Origin: Myxococcota bacterium
GTDB taxonomy: Bacteria > Myxococcota_A > UBA796 > CAJQPC01
NCBI GenBank assembly: GCA_036012755.1
Contig: DASCPX010000047.1
Span: 70,560-134,559, forward strand
Direction of reading: 5' to 3'
Length of the DNA stretch: 64,000 nucleotides
Below, in pieces: positions 29,099 through 38,352 of this stretch. Below the pieces are notes generated by a model. That model made no database searches. It was not told where the DNA came from and worked only from the letters and a program-made list of their open reading frames with translations. The first letter of the stretch is position 1, and each line of letters opens with the position of its first letter. Made by a program: the position numbers and the translations under genes.

Positions 29099-29929
29099 TT
29101 GAGCGCTCTCTCCGCTCACCTCGAGCGCGTCCGCGACTGCCTGTCCGCGCGGTCCGTGCGCCTGGGCGGCCGCATCCAGAGCCTCTGGCGCGGCTACGGC
29201 GAGGTGCGCCGGGTGCATGTCGAGGGCGGCCCCGCTCCGACCGTCGTCGTCAAGCACGTCCGGCCGCCACCCGATGCCCACCCCCGCAAGCTGCGCTCGT
29301 ACCAGGTCGAGGCGGCCTTCTACGCCGGCGCCGCCCAGCGCTGTGGGCCTGCCTGCCGCGTCGCGCGATGCCACGGCCACTGGTCCGATGGGGTCGAGCG
29401 CGTCTTCGTGCTCGAGGACCTCGGCCGCTCAGGCGGCGCCAGCGTGAAGGAGCGGCTGCGCTGGCTCGCGGCCTTCCACGCCACCTTCCTGGGCCAGGCC
29501 CCCGAGGGGCTCTGGGAGATCGGCACCTACTGGCACCTCGAGACCCGCCCCGAGGAGCTCGCCCGCATGCGCGACGCCGCGTTGAGGGCCGAGGCCCCCG
29601 CGCTGGATCGGCAGCTCCGCGAGGCACGTTGGCAGACCCTGGTCCACGGCGACGCCAAGGACGCGAACTTCTGCGCTTCGGGCCGCGGCGTCGCGGCCGT
29701 CGACTTCCAATACGTCGGCCCTGGCCCCGGGATCCGGGACGTGGCCTACGTGATCGACGGCTTCGGCTGGCCCACCCTGAGGAAGGAGTCGTACAAGGAC
29801 CTCTACTTCGAGGCCCTGCGGCAGCACCTGCCCCCATCCGCGGCCGACGCGGTCTCCGAGGAGTGGCGGACGCTCTACCCGGTCGCCGTGCGCGACTTCG
29901 AGCGCTTCCTCGACGGGTGGGGCTGCTGA
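29099..29929 (+). CDS. APH/choline-kinase-like phosphotransferase
   Basis: QSLWRGYG, SYQVEAAFY, LEDL, GTYWHL.TRP.EL, HGDAK.ANF, AVDFQY. Confidence 0.85.
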   Translation: MSALSAHLERVRDCLSARSVRLGGRIQSLWRGYGEVRRVHVEGGPAPTVVVKHVRPPPDAHPRKLRSYQVEAAFYAGAAQRCGPACRVARCHGHWSDGVERVFVLEDLGRSGGASVKERLRWLAAFHATFLGQAPEGLWEIGTYWHLETRPEELARMRDAALRAEAPALDRQLREARWQTLVHGDAKDANFCASGRGVAAVDFQYVGPGPGIRDVAYVIDGFGWPTLRKESYKDLYFEALRQHLPPSAADAVSEEWRTLYPVAVRDFERFLDGWGC

Positions 29930-30014
29930 CTTTGGACACCTGGCGCCGGATTGCAGGCGAGCAGGTCAGCGCGGGCCTCTTTTGACCCCTCTGCCGTCTT
30001 ACGCCGATCGGGAC

Positions 30015-30041
30015 TCAAGCGGAGCACGATCCGTCCGATTG
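30015..30041 (+). promoter_or_regulatory. sigma28-like promoter upstream of fliF
   Basis: TCAA-N15-TCCGATTG. Confidence 0.65.
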
Positions 30042-30048
30042 TCGGCAG

Positions 30049-31641
30049 GTGGAGAAGCTCTTTCAGCAGGTTCGCGAGTTCTACGAGAGCCTCGAGCCCC
30101 GGCGTCAGAAGATGCTCATGGGATCGGTCGCTGCCTCCGTCCTGTTGGTCGTCGTGGTCGGCATCTGGGCCAACGGTGAGACCTGGCGGCCAGTGGTCCA
30201 CGGCAGCGTGGACGAGGTCAGCCGTGGCGCCGCCGCGCTGGCGTCCTCTGGCATCGGCTACCGCATCGACGACAACGGTACGGTCCTCGAGGTGCCCGAG
30301 CAGCAGCTCGGACTCGCCAAGCTCTCCGTCGCCGCATCCGACGTCGTGCCCAACTACGAGCAGCCCGTCGACGTCCCGGCGCACCTCACCCCCCGCCAGC
30401 AGCAGTACTTCCTGCAGCGGATGGAGGAGACCACCCTCGCCCACATGATCTACCAGCTGGATCCTGTCGAGGTCGCTTGGGTCAACCTCAACGAGGGCAG
30501 CGAGCTCAGCTACATCGGGCGCGACAAGGAGGCCTCGGCCTCCGTGATGCTGCGGGTCCGGGACGGAAGCCGCCTGACCGACCGGCAGGTCCGCTCCATC
30601 GTGAACCTCGTCGCGATGGCGGTCGACGAGCTGGACCCGGGTCGGGTGTCGGTCAGTGACCAGCAAGGCAACCTCCTCCACACCCCGGACACCGATGGGG
30701 TCGCCGGTGGCGGCGAGGCCCTCCAGCAGCTGCAGATCCAGCAGCAGATGAACATCGTGACCAACGTCACCGAGGCGCTGAGGCCGCTCCTGGGTGGACG
30801 GAACGCGGTCACCGTCCAGGCCTTCGTCAGCCTCGACCACCGCGAAGAGCAGCGCATGGACGAGTCGATCAACCTCGACCAGGCCTACGCATCCACGGAG
30901 CAGATCCGGGACCGCCTCTCCACAGACGGTGACGCCCGCGGCGCGGCCGGGACGGCCTCCAACGGCGCTGACAGCATGGTCGGTTCCGGCGAGCAGAGCG
31001 TCACCGAGGAGACCCAGTCGAGCATCGAGACGACGGCCCCCAGGTCCGTCGCCGTCGTCAAGGTCCGCCCAGGAGACATCGAGCGCATCTCGGTCTCCGT
31101 CCTGGTCGACGAGCGGATCGCCGACGAGATCGCCGCCGCCCGCGCCGGAGCGGAGGCGGACGAGGTCGCCTTGGCAGCGGCCCGCCTGCTCGTGGAGGAG
31201 CAGATCGCCACCGCCAGCGCCGCAGCCGCCGGCTTCGACGCCACCCGCGGCGACGTCGTCGACGTCGGCTTCCTGCCCTTCAAGGACCTGCCCGTCGTCG
31301 GCGAGGCGCCCCCCACCATCGGCACGGTCACGCTGCCCTGGCTCCCCTACGCCGTCGCCACCCTCGCGCTGGTGCTCACCTTCGCCTTCGTCCTGCGCCC
31401 GCTGGTCAAGGCCATCGTCAAGCCCCCCGAGCTGGCCCCCGGCACCGTCATCGGACCCAACGGTGAGGTGCTGACTGTCGACGACTCGGAGGAGGAGGAA
31501 GAGGACGACGACCTCGCCGCTCGCCTCCGGCTGCTCGTCGAGAACTACGAGTCGGTGGACGCCGCCGACCTCAACCGCCTGGTGGACAGCGAGTCGGAAG
31601 CTGCCGCACAGGTGCTCCGACAGTGGTCTGCAAAGGCCTGA
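30049..31641 (+). CDS. fliF: MS-ring protein FliF
   Basis: Two TM segments, ASASVML, QVRSIVNLVA.AV, VSDQQGNLL, GDIERISVSVLVD, GFDATRGD, AAQVLRQW. Confidence 0.92.
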   Translation: MEKLFQQVREFYESLEPRRQKMLMGSVAASVLLVVVVGIWANGETWRPVVHGSVDEVSRGAAALASSGIGYRIDDNGTVLEVPEQQLGLAKLSVAASDVVPNYEQPVDVPAHLTPRQQQYFLQRMEETTLAHMIYQLDPVEVAWVNLNEGSELSYIGRDKEASASVMLRVRDGSRLTDRQVRSIVNLVAMAVDELDPGRVSVSDQQGNLLHTPDTDGVAGGGEALQQLQIQQQMNIVTNVTEALRPLLGGRNAVTVQAFVSLDHREEQRMDESINLDQAYASTEQIRDRLSTDGDARGAAGTASNGADSMVGSGEQSVTEETQSSIETTAPRSVAVVKVRPGDIERISVSVLVDERIADEIAAARAGAEADEVALAAARLLVEEQIATASAAAAGFDATRGDVVDVGFLPFKDLPVVGEAPPTIGTVTLPWLPYAVATLALVLTFAFVLRPLVKAIVKPPELAPGTVIGPNGEVLTVDDSEEEEEDDDLAARLRLLVENYESVDAADLNRLVDSESEAAAQVLRQWSAKA

Positions 31642-31659
31642 GATCGCATAGGAAGAATC

Positions 31660-32679
31660 ATGACTGCAGTTGCCATGGAGACACCCGCCGAGCTCAAGGG
31701 CACCCAGCGCGCAGCGCTGTTGCTCATGTACCTCGAGCGCGACATCGCGCGGAACCTGCTCCAGCAGCTGAGCACCAACGAGGTCCGCCAGGTCGGACTC
31801 GCCATGGCAGATGTCGAGAACGTCACGCCGGAGACGATCGAGGCCATCGTCGCCGACTTCGTCAAGGACCTCTACCGCATCTCCATGCTGCCGAAGACGG
31901 GGCGCCAGTTCGCCCTGCGCGTGCTCCCCAGCCTGGTGGACGACAGCCGCCGCGAGCGGGTCGCCGGCGCTCTGCGGCGTCGGCTGTCCACCGAATTCGA
32001 GGAGTACATCCGCGCCAAGTCCCCCCGCGCGGTCGCCACGCTGCTGAGCGACGAGCACGCCCAGACCCGCGCCGTCGCCCTGCTCTTGATGGGGCCGACC
32101 AACGCCGCCAGGGTGATGGCCTTCCTCGACGAGGAGGAGCAGGCTGACTCGGCGCTGCGCATGGCCCGCATCAAGAGCGTGCCGGGCGAGCTCGCCGATG
32201 ACGTCGAGAACGCGCTGCGAGTGTCCCTCGAGGACGACGGGGCCGACCGGTGGAGCGTGCAGGGAGTCGACCGCGCGGCCCAGACTCTGGGCCGGATGGG
32301 CAAGAAGGCCAACGAGCCGCTGCTGGTCAAGCTCGCCACGGCGGACCGTGACCTCTCGGAGACGCTGAGACGGCGCATGGTGGTCTTCGCCGACCTCGCT
32401 GGCCTCGACCGTCGCGCGGTCCAGGCGATGCTCAAGGAGATCGACAAGCAGGACCTGCTCATGGCGCTCAAGGGCGCCGAGCTCGGCATGCAGGAGCTCT
32501 TCCTCCAGAACCTCAGCAGCCGCGCCGCCGCCGACATCCGCGAGGAGCTCGAGATCATGGGCCCCACGCCGAAGAGCGTCATCACGAAGGCCCAGGAGAA
32601 CGTGGTCGAGATCGCCCTGCGGCTCAACGAGGAAGGCCTCATCTACCTTCCCATGGGCGAAGACGACGGCGAGGAGTAG
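31660..32679 (+). CDS. fliG: Motor switch protein FliG
   Basis: GTQRAALLLM.L, EHAQT.A, MVVFADL, ALKGA, NLSSRAA..IREELE.MGP, AQENVV. Confidence 0.95.
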   Translation: MTAVAMETPAELKGTQRAALLLMYLERDIARNLLQQLSTNEVRQVGLAMADVENVTPETIEAIVADFVKDLYRISMLPKTGRQFALRVLPSLVDDSRRERVAGALRRRLSTEFEEYIRAKSPRAVATLLSDEHAQTRAVALLLMGPTNAARVMAFLDEEEQADSALRMARIKSVPGELADDVENALRVSLEDDGADRWSVQGVDRAAQTLGRMGKKANEPLLVKLATADRDLSETLRRRMVVFADLAGLDRRAVQAMLKEIDKQDLLMALKGAELGMQELFLQNLSSRAAADIREELEIMGPTPKSVITKAQENVVEIALRLNEEGLIYLPMGEDDGEE

Positions 32680-32682
32680 CGG

Positions 32683-33330
32683 GTGGCAGACTTCGTTTCT
32701 ATCTGGATGGAGGCGGCCCCGGAGCCTCCCTTCGAGCCCAGCCTCCGCCGTCCCCCCGCGCCTGAGGTCGCCGCGGAGCCGGACCTCGAGGCTGCCGAGG
32801 AGGCGGCTCCAGAGCTCGTCCCGGAGCCCGAGCCCGAGCCCGAGCCCGACCTCGACGCCCTCATCGCGCAGGCAGAGGCGCGCGCGCTGCTCGAAGCCCG
32901 CGCCGAGCTCGCCCCCGAGCGCGAGGCCCTGCGCGCCGAGCAAGCACGCGCCGCGGCCCTGGGGCACGAGGTGGCGGCGCTGCGGGGGCGCATCATGGAC
33001 GGCCTCTCGCAGGAGGTCGCCGCGATCGTGCTCGGCGTAGCCCGGCGGGTCGTCGGGGACGCGCTCGCCCTCCATCCCGATGCCCTCCAGCGGGTCGTCG
33101 AGGCCGCCGTCGGGCGCTTCCCCGACAGCGCCGGTCTGACGGTCCGGGTCGCTCCAGAGGACGTCGAGCGCGTCCGCGAGTGGCTCGGCGACGCTGAGAT
33201 CATCGGGGACCCGAGCGTCTCCGGCGGCTGCATCGTCGAGGGCGACGAGGGCTGCGTCAACGCTTCCCTCGAGGCGGTCTACGAGGGCCTGGACGCGGCG
33301 GTCGAGGCCTGGCGCCAGGAGCGGCAGTGA
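32683..33330 (+). CDS. fliH: Flagellar assembly protein FliH
   Basis: Between fliG and fliI; VRVAPED, DPSVSGGCIVE. Confidence 0.8.
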   Translation: MADFVSIWMEAAPEPPFEPSLRRPPAPEVAAEPDLEAAEEAAPELVPEPEPEPEPDLDALIAQAEARALLEARAELAPEREALRAEQARAAALGHEVAALRGRIMDGLSQEVAAIVLGVARRVVGDALALHPDALQRVVEAAVGRFPDSAGLTVRVAPEDVERVREWLGDAEIIGDPSVSGGCIVEGDEGCVNASLEAVYEGLDAAVEAWRQERQ

Positions 33331-34619
33331 ACCTCGCGCGGCTCGCCGCTTCGCTGGAGGCCGCGCCGCTGCAGCGCGTGCATGGCCGGGTGGTGCAGGT
33401 GGTCGGGAACCTCGTCGAGGCTCGGCTGCCTGGCATCGCGCTCGGAGCCCTGTGTCGAATCGACGAGCGTGTCACCGCGCAGGTCGTCGGTTTCCGCGAG
33501 GGGCGGGCGCTCTTGATGCCTCTCGAGTCGGTCAGGGGCATCGCCTACGGCGTGTCCGTCGAGTCCATGGACGGTGCGCTGAGCGTCGGCCTGGGTCCCG
33601 ACCTCGTCGGGCGGGTCCTGGACGCGATGGGGAGACCGATCGACCTCGGACCCCCGCTGCGGCCCGTGTGCCGGCGGCCGATCGACTCCGACCCGCCCGA
33701 CCCCCTCCAGCGCAGCGTCATCGCGCGCCCGCTGCAGACCGGGGTTCGGGTCGTCGACGCCTTCCTCACCGTGGGTCACGGGCAGCGCGTCGCCGTGATG
33801 GCCGGATCGGGGGTCGGCAAGTCCACCCTCATGGGCATGCTCGCGCGCAACACGCGCTCCCAGGTCAACGTCATCTGCCTCGTCGGCGAGCGCGGGAGAG
33901 AGGTCCGCGAGTTCATCGAGCGGGACCTGGGGCCAGAGGGGCTCGCCCGCTCGGTCGTCGTCTGCGTGACCAGCGACCGCTCCCCCGTGCTGCAGGTCAA
34001 GGGCGCCTTCACGGCCATGACGATCGCGGAGTACTTCCGCGACCAGGGGCAGGACGTGCTGCTGCTGATGGACTCGGTGACCCGCTTCGCGATGGCCCAG
34101 CGTCAGATCGGCTTGTCTGCAGGGGAGCCTCCGACGCGGGGAGGCTTCACACCCTCGGTCTTCGCGCTCCTTCCCCGCCTGCTCGAGCGGGCCGGTCCGG
34201 GCGCTGGCCGAGGCAGCATCACCGGGGTCTTCACGGTGCTGGTCGACGGCGACGACATCCACGATCCGATCGGCGACGCTGTCCGCGGCATCCTCGACGG
34301 ACACATCGTGCTCTCGCGGAAGCTGGCGTCCCACGGCCACTACCCGGCGGTAGACGTCCTCGCGTCCATCTCTCGGGTGATGCCGGGGGTGGTGGACGAG
34401 GAGCACATGGCGGTGGCTGGCAAGCTCCGCGCGCTCCTGGCGACCTGGAGCGAGAACGAGGAGCTGGTGCGCTTGGGGGCCTATCGAAAGGGGACCTCGC
34501 AGGAGGTCGACGAGGCCCTGATCAAGAAGCCCATCATCGACATCCTGACCCGGCAGGCGGTGGGGGAGGCCTCGCCCATGTCGGACACGATGACCGCCAT
34601 GAAGAGGATCGCGGGCTAG
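33327..34619 (+). CDS. fliI: Flagellar export ATPase FliI
   Basis: GQRVAVMAGSGVGKSTL, GERGREV, LLLMDSVTRFAMA, GEPP, LLERAG, ILDGHIVL. Confidence 0.96.
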   Translation: MNLARLAASLEAAPLQRVHGRVVQVVGNLVEARLPGIALGALCRIDERVTAQVVGFREGRALLMPLESVRGIAYGVSVESMDGALSVGLGPDLVGRVLDAMGRPIDLGPPLRPVCRRPIDSDPPDPLQRSVIARPLQTGVRVVDAFLTVGHGQRVAVMAGSGVGKSTLMGMLARNTRSQVNVICLVGERGREVREFIERDLGPEGLARSVVVCVTSDRSPVLQVKGAFTAMTIAEYFRDQGQDVLLLMDSVTRFAMAQRQIGLSAGEPPTRGGFTPSVFALLPRLLERAGPGAGRGSITGVFTVLVDGDDIHDPIGDAVRGILDGHIVLSRKLASHGHYPAVDVLASISRVMPGVVDEEHMAVAGKLRALLATWSENEELVRLGAYRKGTSQEVDEALIKKPIIDILTRQAVGEASPMSDTMTAMKRIAG

Positions 34620-34628
34620 AACAGGGGG

Positions 34629-35453
34629 GTGTTCCCCTTGCTCCTCGCATGTGCCGAGCCCTTCGACGTCCAGCGCGACGTACTGGGCCCCTTCCGCATC
34701 ACCGCCATCGGCGTCGAGGACGGCGTCGCCCGCGCCGCGATCTGGAGCGGCGAGGGCATGGTCCACGCCTCCAGCCCGCGCCTGGCCTGGACCCTGGACG
34801 GCGAGGAGCTCGGAGAGGGCTACGAGGTCGCCGTGGATGGGGGAGGGGAGCTCGGGCTCGTCGTCACCGCGGCGGATGGCAGCCTGCACCAGGCTCGGGT
34901 GACCGTCGCCGAGCCGCCGGGGACCCTCGACTTCTCACGCGAGGCGGTCACGATCATCGACGAGGACATCGACGCCAGGCGTGCCCTGCAAGGGACCCCC
35001 GTGGAGACCGCCGTGGGAGAGGGCGAGGCCATGCGCGTCGTGGTCGACGCGGCGTGGGGCTCGGCCCGGTGGATGAGCGACAGCGCACGGGTCCTGCCGC
35101 TGGAGGAGGGGGTCGCGGACGTGCTCTCCGAAGAAGCGCTCTCCCACGTGCTGGTGCTGGTGGTCGACGGCGAGGGCGGCAACCGCTGGGAGTGGATCGA
35201 CGCTGCCTACGGCGGCGGGCCCTGGATCCGTCACCGTGGCCGCCTGCTGCCGGGAGATCTCCCCGCAGGGCTCGTCGCCGCGACCATCGCTGGCGACGAC
35301 CTGGTCGAGCTCGAGGGCGTCTCGGACCTCGCCTCGCAGGATGACCTCGACTGCGCTCCCGATGGCCTGCCCTTCGAGCTGGCCTGGCTCACGGAGGGGC
35401 GCTGCGGCCTCGACGAGGTCGACGGCGCGCGCATCGTGCTGGAGACGTGGTGA
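34629..35453 (+). CDS. Putative lipoprotein, unknown function
   Basis: MFPLLLAC lipobox; overlaps the downstream receptor gene. Confidence 0.65.
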   Translation: MFPLLLACAEPFDVQRDVLGPFRITAIGVEDGVARAAIWSGEGMVHASSPRLAWTLDGEELGEGYEVAVDGGGELGLVVTAADGSLHQARVTVAEPPGTLDFSREAVTIIDEDIDARRALQGTPVETAVGEGEAMRVVVDAAWGSARWMSDSARVLPLEEGVADVLSEEALSHVLVLVVDGEGGNRWEWIDAAYGGGPWIRHRGRLLPGDLPAGLVAATIAGDDLVELEGVSDLASQDDLDCAPDGLPFELAWLTEGRCGLDEVDGARIVLETW

Positions 35454-37564
35454 TCCTGCTCGCCGAGGCGGCCCTGGCGGCCAGCCTGGAGGTCACGCTC
35501 CTGGAGCGCGGCACCGGTGATCCCGTCCAGGGCACCGTCGTCGTCGAGGATCTCAGCGTCGAGGCCGCCGCCGACGGTCGGGTCTCACTCGACCTCCCGG
35601 AGGGTGTGCACACTGTCCAGGCCTGGTCGGACGAGCACGATCTCCAGGTCCTGGAGGTCGAAGTCCCGAACGATCTTCGGATCTTCCTGGTCGAGTCCGA
35701 GGCCCCTCCCGTCATCGTCGTGGAGGCCAGGCGCGAGGTCCCCCATGTCACCGCCCAGGTCCTGGACCGCGAGCGCGTCGAGAAGGCCCCGGGCAACTTC
35801 GACGACCCCGTCCGCCTGCTCCAGGCCCTCCCTGGGGTGGCGACGACGCCGGAGTACTCGCCGACAGCGGGGGCTCTCGCGATCCGCGGCGCGTCTCCGC
35901 AGGAGAGCCGCTTCTACCTCGACGGCGTCGAGATCCCGTACCTCTACCACTTCCACCAGTACAGCTCGGTCTTCCACACCCGCCTGCTGGACGAGCTCGC
36001 GCTCTACCCTTCGACCTTCGGAGCGGGCTACGGGAACGCCATCGGCGGCGTGGTCGAGGCCACCAGTCGGCGGCCGGACACCGCGAAGCTCCACGGCGGC
36101 GTGGCCTGGAACCTGGTCATGGGCGGCGCCTGGGTGACCGCGCCGGTCGGTGAACGAGGCGGCTTCAGCGCCTCGGCCAGGCGCAGCTACCACGACGCCA
36201 AGGGCGGCAACGAGCAGTACACGGTGTGGCCGCGCTTCTTCGACTACCTCGCGCGGCACGACCAGGACTGGGGACAGAGCCACCACCTCACCGCCACGGC
36301 CTTCGGGGCAGGAGATCGCTACACCCGCTTCGTCGGTGACACGGCCGAGTTCGACCCCCTCGAGGCCGAGCAGGCCCAGGAGTTCTCCTACGACCGGTCC
36401 TTCCACGCGGTCTCCTTGCGCGAGGAGGACCAGCTCGGAGGCGCCGTGCTGCGCACCTCCGTCGCGCTGGTCCAGGACGACTGGGGAGGCGAGCTCGTCG
36501 ACGGCGCTCAGCAGCGCCGGCAGCGCTACGCCTGGCTGCGCCACGACAGCCTCGTCGAGGTCGGCCCCGTCCGGCTGGCGCTGGGTGGAGCGCTGAAGCC
36601 GGAGCAGGTGCTCCAGTCGAACACCCTGGAGCGAGCCGCAGAGGAGCTCGAGCACGAGGCCCCGCTGCTGGCGACAGGAGTGCTGCTGGGCGAGGAGCTC
36701 CGGCGCGTCCACGGCGGTGCGTACGCCGAGCTCCGCACCGATCTCGGTCGCTTGGCGCTACGGCCCGGGATCCGCCTCGAGGGGGACAGCTTGGCGGGGC
36801 TGGCTCTCGATCCCCGGGTGTCGATGCAGCTCGCCCTGACCGAGGACCTTCGGCTGCGCGTCGCCGCGGGCCGCTACAGCCAGGCCCCGGAGCTGTGGGA
36901 GATGGCCTCCACAGCGGGGAACCCTGGGCTCGGCTTCGCTCGCTCGGACCAGGTCGCCGCCGGCCTGGACTGGGCCCTCGCGGGTCGCCTGGAGATCGGC
37001 CTCGACGGCTACGCCCGGCGCTTCGAGGACGTCGTCGTGACGGACGCGGGCGAGCTCCCCGAGGCAGCCGACGGGCACGCCTGGGGAGCGGAGCTCACGA
37101 CGCGCTACCGGCTGCGCGAGCTCTTCTTCGCCTGGTCCTCTGTCTGCGTCGGGCGAGCTGTCCGCGACGACGCCCCCTTCGACTTCGACCAGCCTGTGAC
37201 CGTCAACCTCGTCGCGTCCTGGGACTTCCGCCCCATGTGGAACGTGGGCCTGCGCTATCGCTACGCCACGGGGCTCCCCTACACACCCGCCGTCGCCGGG
37301 CTCTACGACGGGGACAGCGACACCTACTCTCCGATCCCAGGCGAGCCCAACAGCATGCGGCTCCCCGACTACCAGAAGGTCGACCTCCACCTGGAGCGCC
37401 GCTTCGACTTGCGCCGGGCTCGGGTCAGCGCCTATGTCGAGGGCTGGTACGTGCCCGCAGCGAACAACGCGATGTACGTCGTCTACAGCTACGACTACAG
37501 CCAGTCGGCGCTGGTCAGCGGGCCCTCTTTCTTGCCCTTGTTCGGGCTGCGGGCCGAGCTCTAG
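35447..37564 (+). CDS. TonB-dependent receptor
   Basis: Plug DPVRLLQALPGV, IRG, YLDGVEIP.LYHF, YGNAIGGVV; barrel DPRVS, GRYSQAP, RLPDY..VDL. Confidence 0.9.
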   Translation: MVILLAEAALAASLEVTLLERGTGDPVQGTVVVEDLSVEAAADGRVSLDLPEGVHTVQAWSDEHDLQVLEVEVPNDLRIFLVESEAPPVIVVEARREVPHVTAQVLDRERVEKAPGNFDDPVRLLQALPGVATTPEYSPTAGALAIRGASPQESRFYLDGVEIPYLYHFHQYSSVFHTRLLDELALYPSTFGAGYGNAIGGVVEATSRRPDTAKLHGGVAWNLVMGGAWVTAPVGERGGFSASARRSYHDAKGGNEQYTVWPRFFDYLARHDQDWGQSHHLTATAFGAGDRYTRFVGDTAEFDPLEAEQAQEFSYDRSFHAVSLREEDQLGGAVLRTSVALVQDDWGGELVDGAQQRRQRYAWLRHDSLVEVGPVRLALGGALKPEQVLQSNTLERAAEELEHEAPLLATGVLLGEELRRVHGGAYAELRTDLGRLALRPGIRLEGDSLAGLALDPRVSMQLALTEDLRLRVAAGRYSQAPELWEMASTAGNPGLGFARSDQVAAGLDWALAGRLEIGLDGYARRFEDVVVTDAGELPEAADGHAWGAELTTRYRLRELFFAWSSVCVGRAVRDDAPFDFDQPVTVNLVASWDFRPMWNVGLRYRYATGLPYTPAVAGLYDGDSDTYSPIPGEPNSMRLPDYQKVDLHLERRFDLRRARVSAYVEGWYVPAANNAMYVVYSYDYSQSALVSGPSFLPLFGLRAEL

Positions 37565-38352
37565 GGGCCCAGGACGAAGGGGAAGACGCCCGCGTCCTCC
37601 AACTCCGGCGGCAGCTCCCAGTGCTCCGTCATCCCGGTGATGCACTCGCCGAGGGCCTCGTCTCCTGTCTCGTTGGACTGGATCGTCGCCTCCAGGACCC
37701 TGCCCTCTCCGGCGCGGATCGCCAGCTCGATGCGCCCTGCCGTCGCGGGCTCCTGGCGGAGCGCGGCCTCGTAGCAGGACTGGATGTCGGAGGCGCGCGC
37801 GGCCACCTCGGCGGCCAGGGTCGGGGCGACCGGCTCGCTTGCGAACTCGACCGTGTAGATACCGTCCGGGACCGGCCCGGAGAGCTCCACACCCAGGTCC
37901 TCCGAGCAGCCGTCGAGACCGGAGACGAGGCCGCGGATCTGGGCCACCGCGCCCTCCGCCACCGTCACGACCACGCCGCGGGTCTCGCAGGCGCTGGTCA
38001 CGCTGGCCCGCACCGGCATCGGGTTGCGCTCGGGGGTCACGAGGACGAAGGGCCAGGTCACCGAGCCCTCGATCCCCGCTGGCATCGCCCAGCCCTCGAC
38101 GGCCTCGACGAGACAGTCGGCCAGCGCGTCGTCGTCGGTCGTGTTCCTCTCGACCTTCACCCGGGTGGCGTGGCCCTCCCGCACGGTCCAGGACACCTCG
38201 ATCCGCCCGGTGACCCAGGGATCTCCTTGGAGCCGGGCTTCGTAGCAGCGCTGCACGTCGGACGCCTCCACCGCGTCGGTGACCGCGGCCAGCCCCTGCG
38301 CGTCCAGGGGCTCCACCCTCGGCCCGATTCCGAGGAGGAGCTCAAGTCCCAT
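37561..38352 (-). CDS. Protein with two AgmX/PglI-type (TonB_C-like) domains
   Basis: Two copies of (V/I)QxCYE..L..P...GRI..W/I..G......D..L..C......W..P.....(W/F)PFVL. Confidence 0.75.
   Translation of the reverse strand: MGLELLLGIGPRVEPLDAQGLAAVTDAVEASDVQRCYEARLQGDPWVTGRIEVSWTVREGHATRVKVERNTTDDDALADCLVEAVEGWAMPAGIEGSVTWPFVLVTPERNPMPVRASVTSACETRGVVVTVAEGAVAQIRGLVSGLDGCSEDLGVELSGPVPDGIYTVEFASEPVAPTLAAEVAARASDIQSCYEAALRQEPATAGRIELAIRAGEGRVLEATIQSNETGDEALGECITGMTEHWELPPELEDAGVFPFVLGP

Noticed and set aside
32820..32848. (cccgag)n repeat in fliH and Ser run at the end of fliD
   Set aside because: Ordinary in-frame low-complexity linkers
29875..33075. 1066-aa minus-strand ORF
   Set aside because: Antisense shadow of fliF-fliG-fliH
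9482..34619. Injectisome-type T3SS reading of flhA/fliI/fliF
   Set aside because: Rod, L/P ring, hook-junction, cap and flagellin genes make it flagellar
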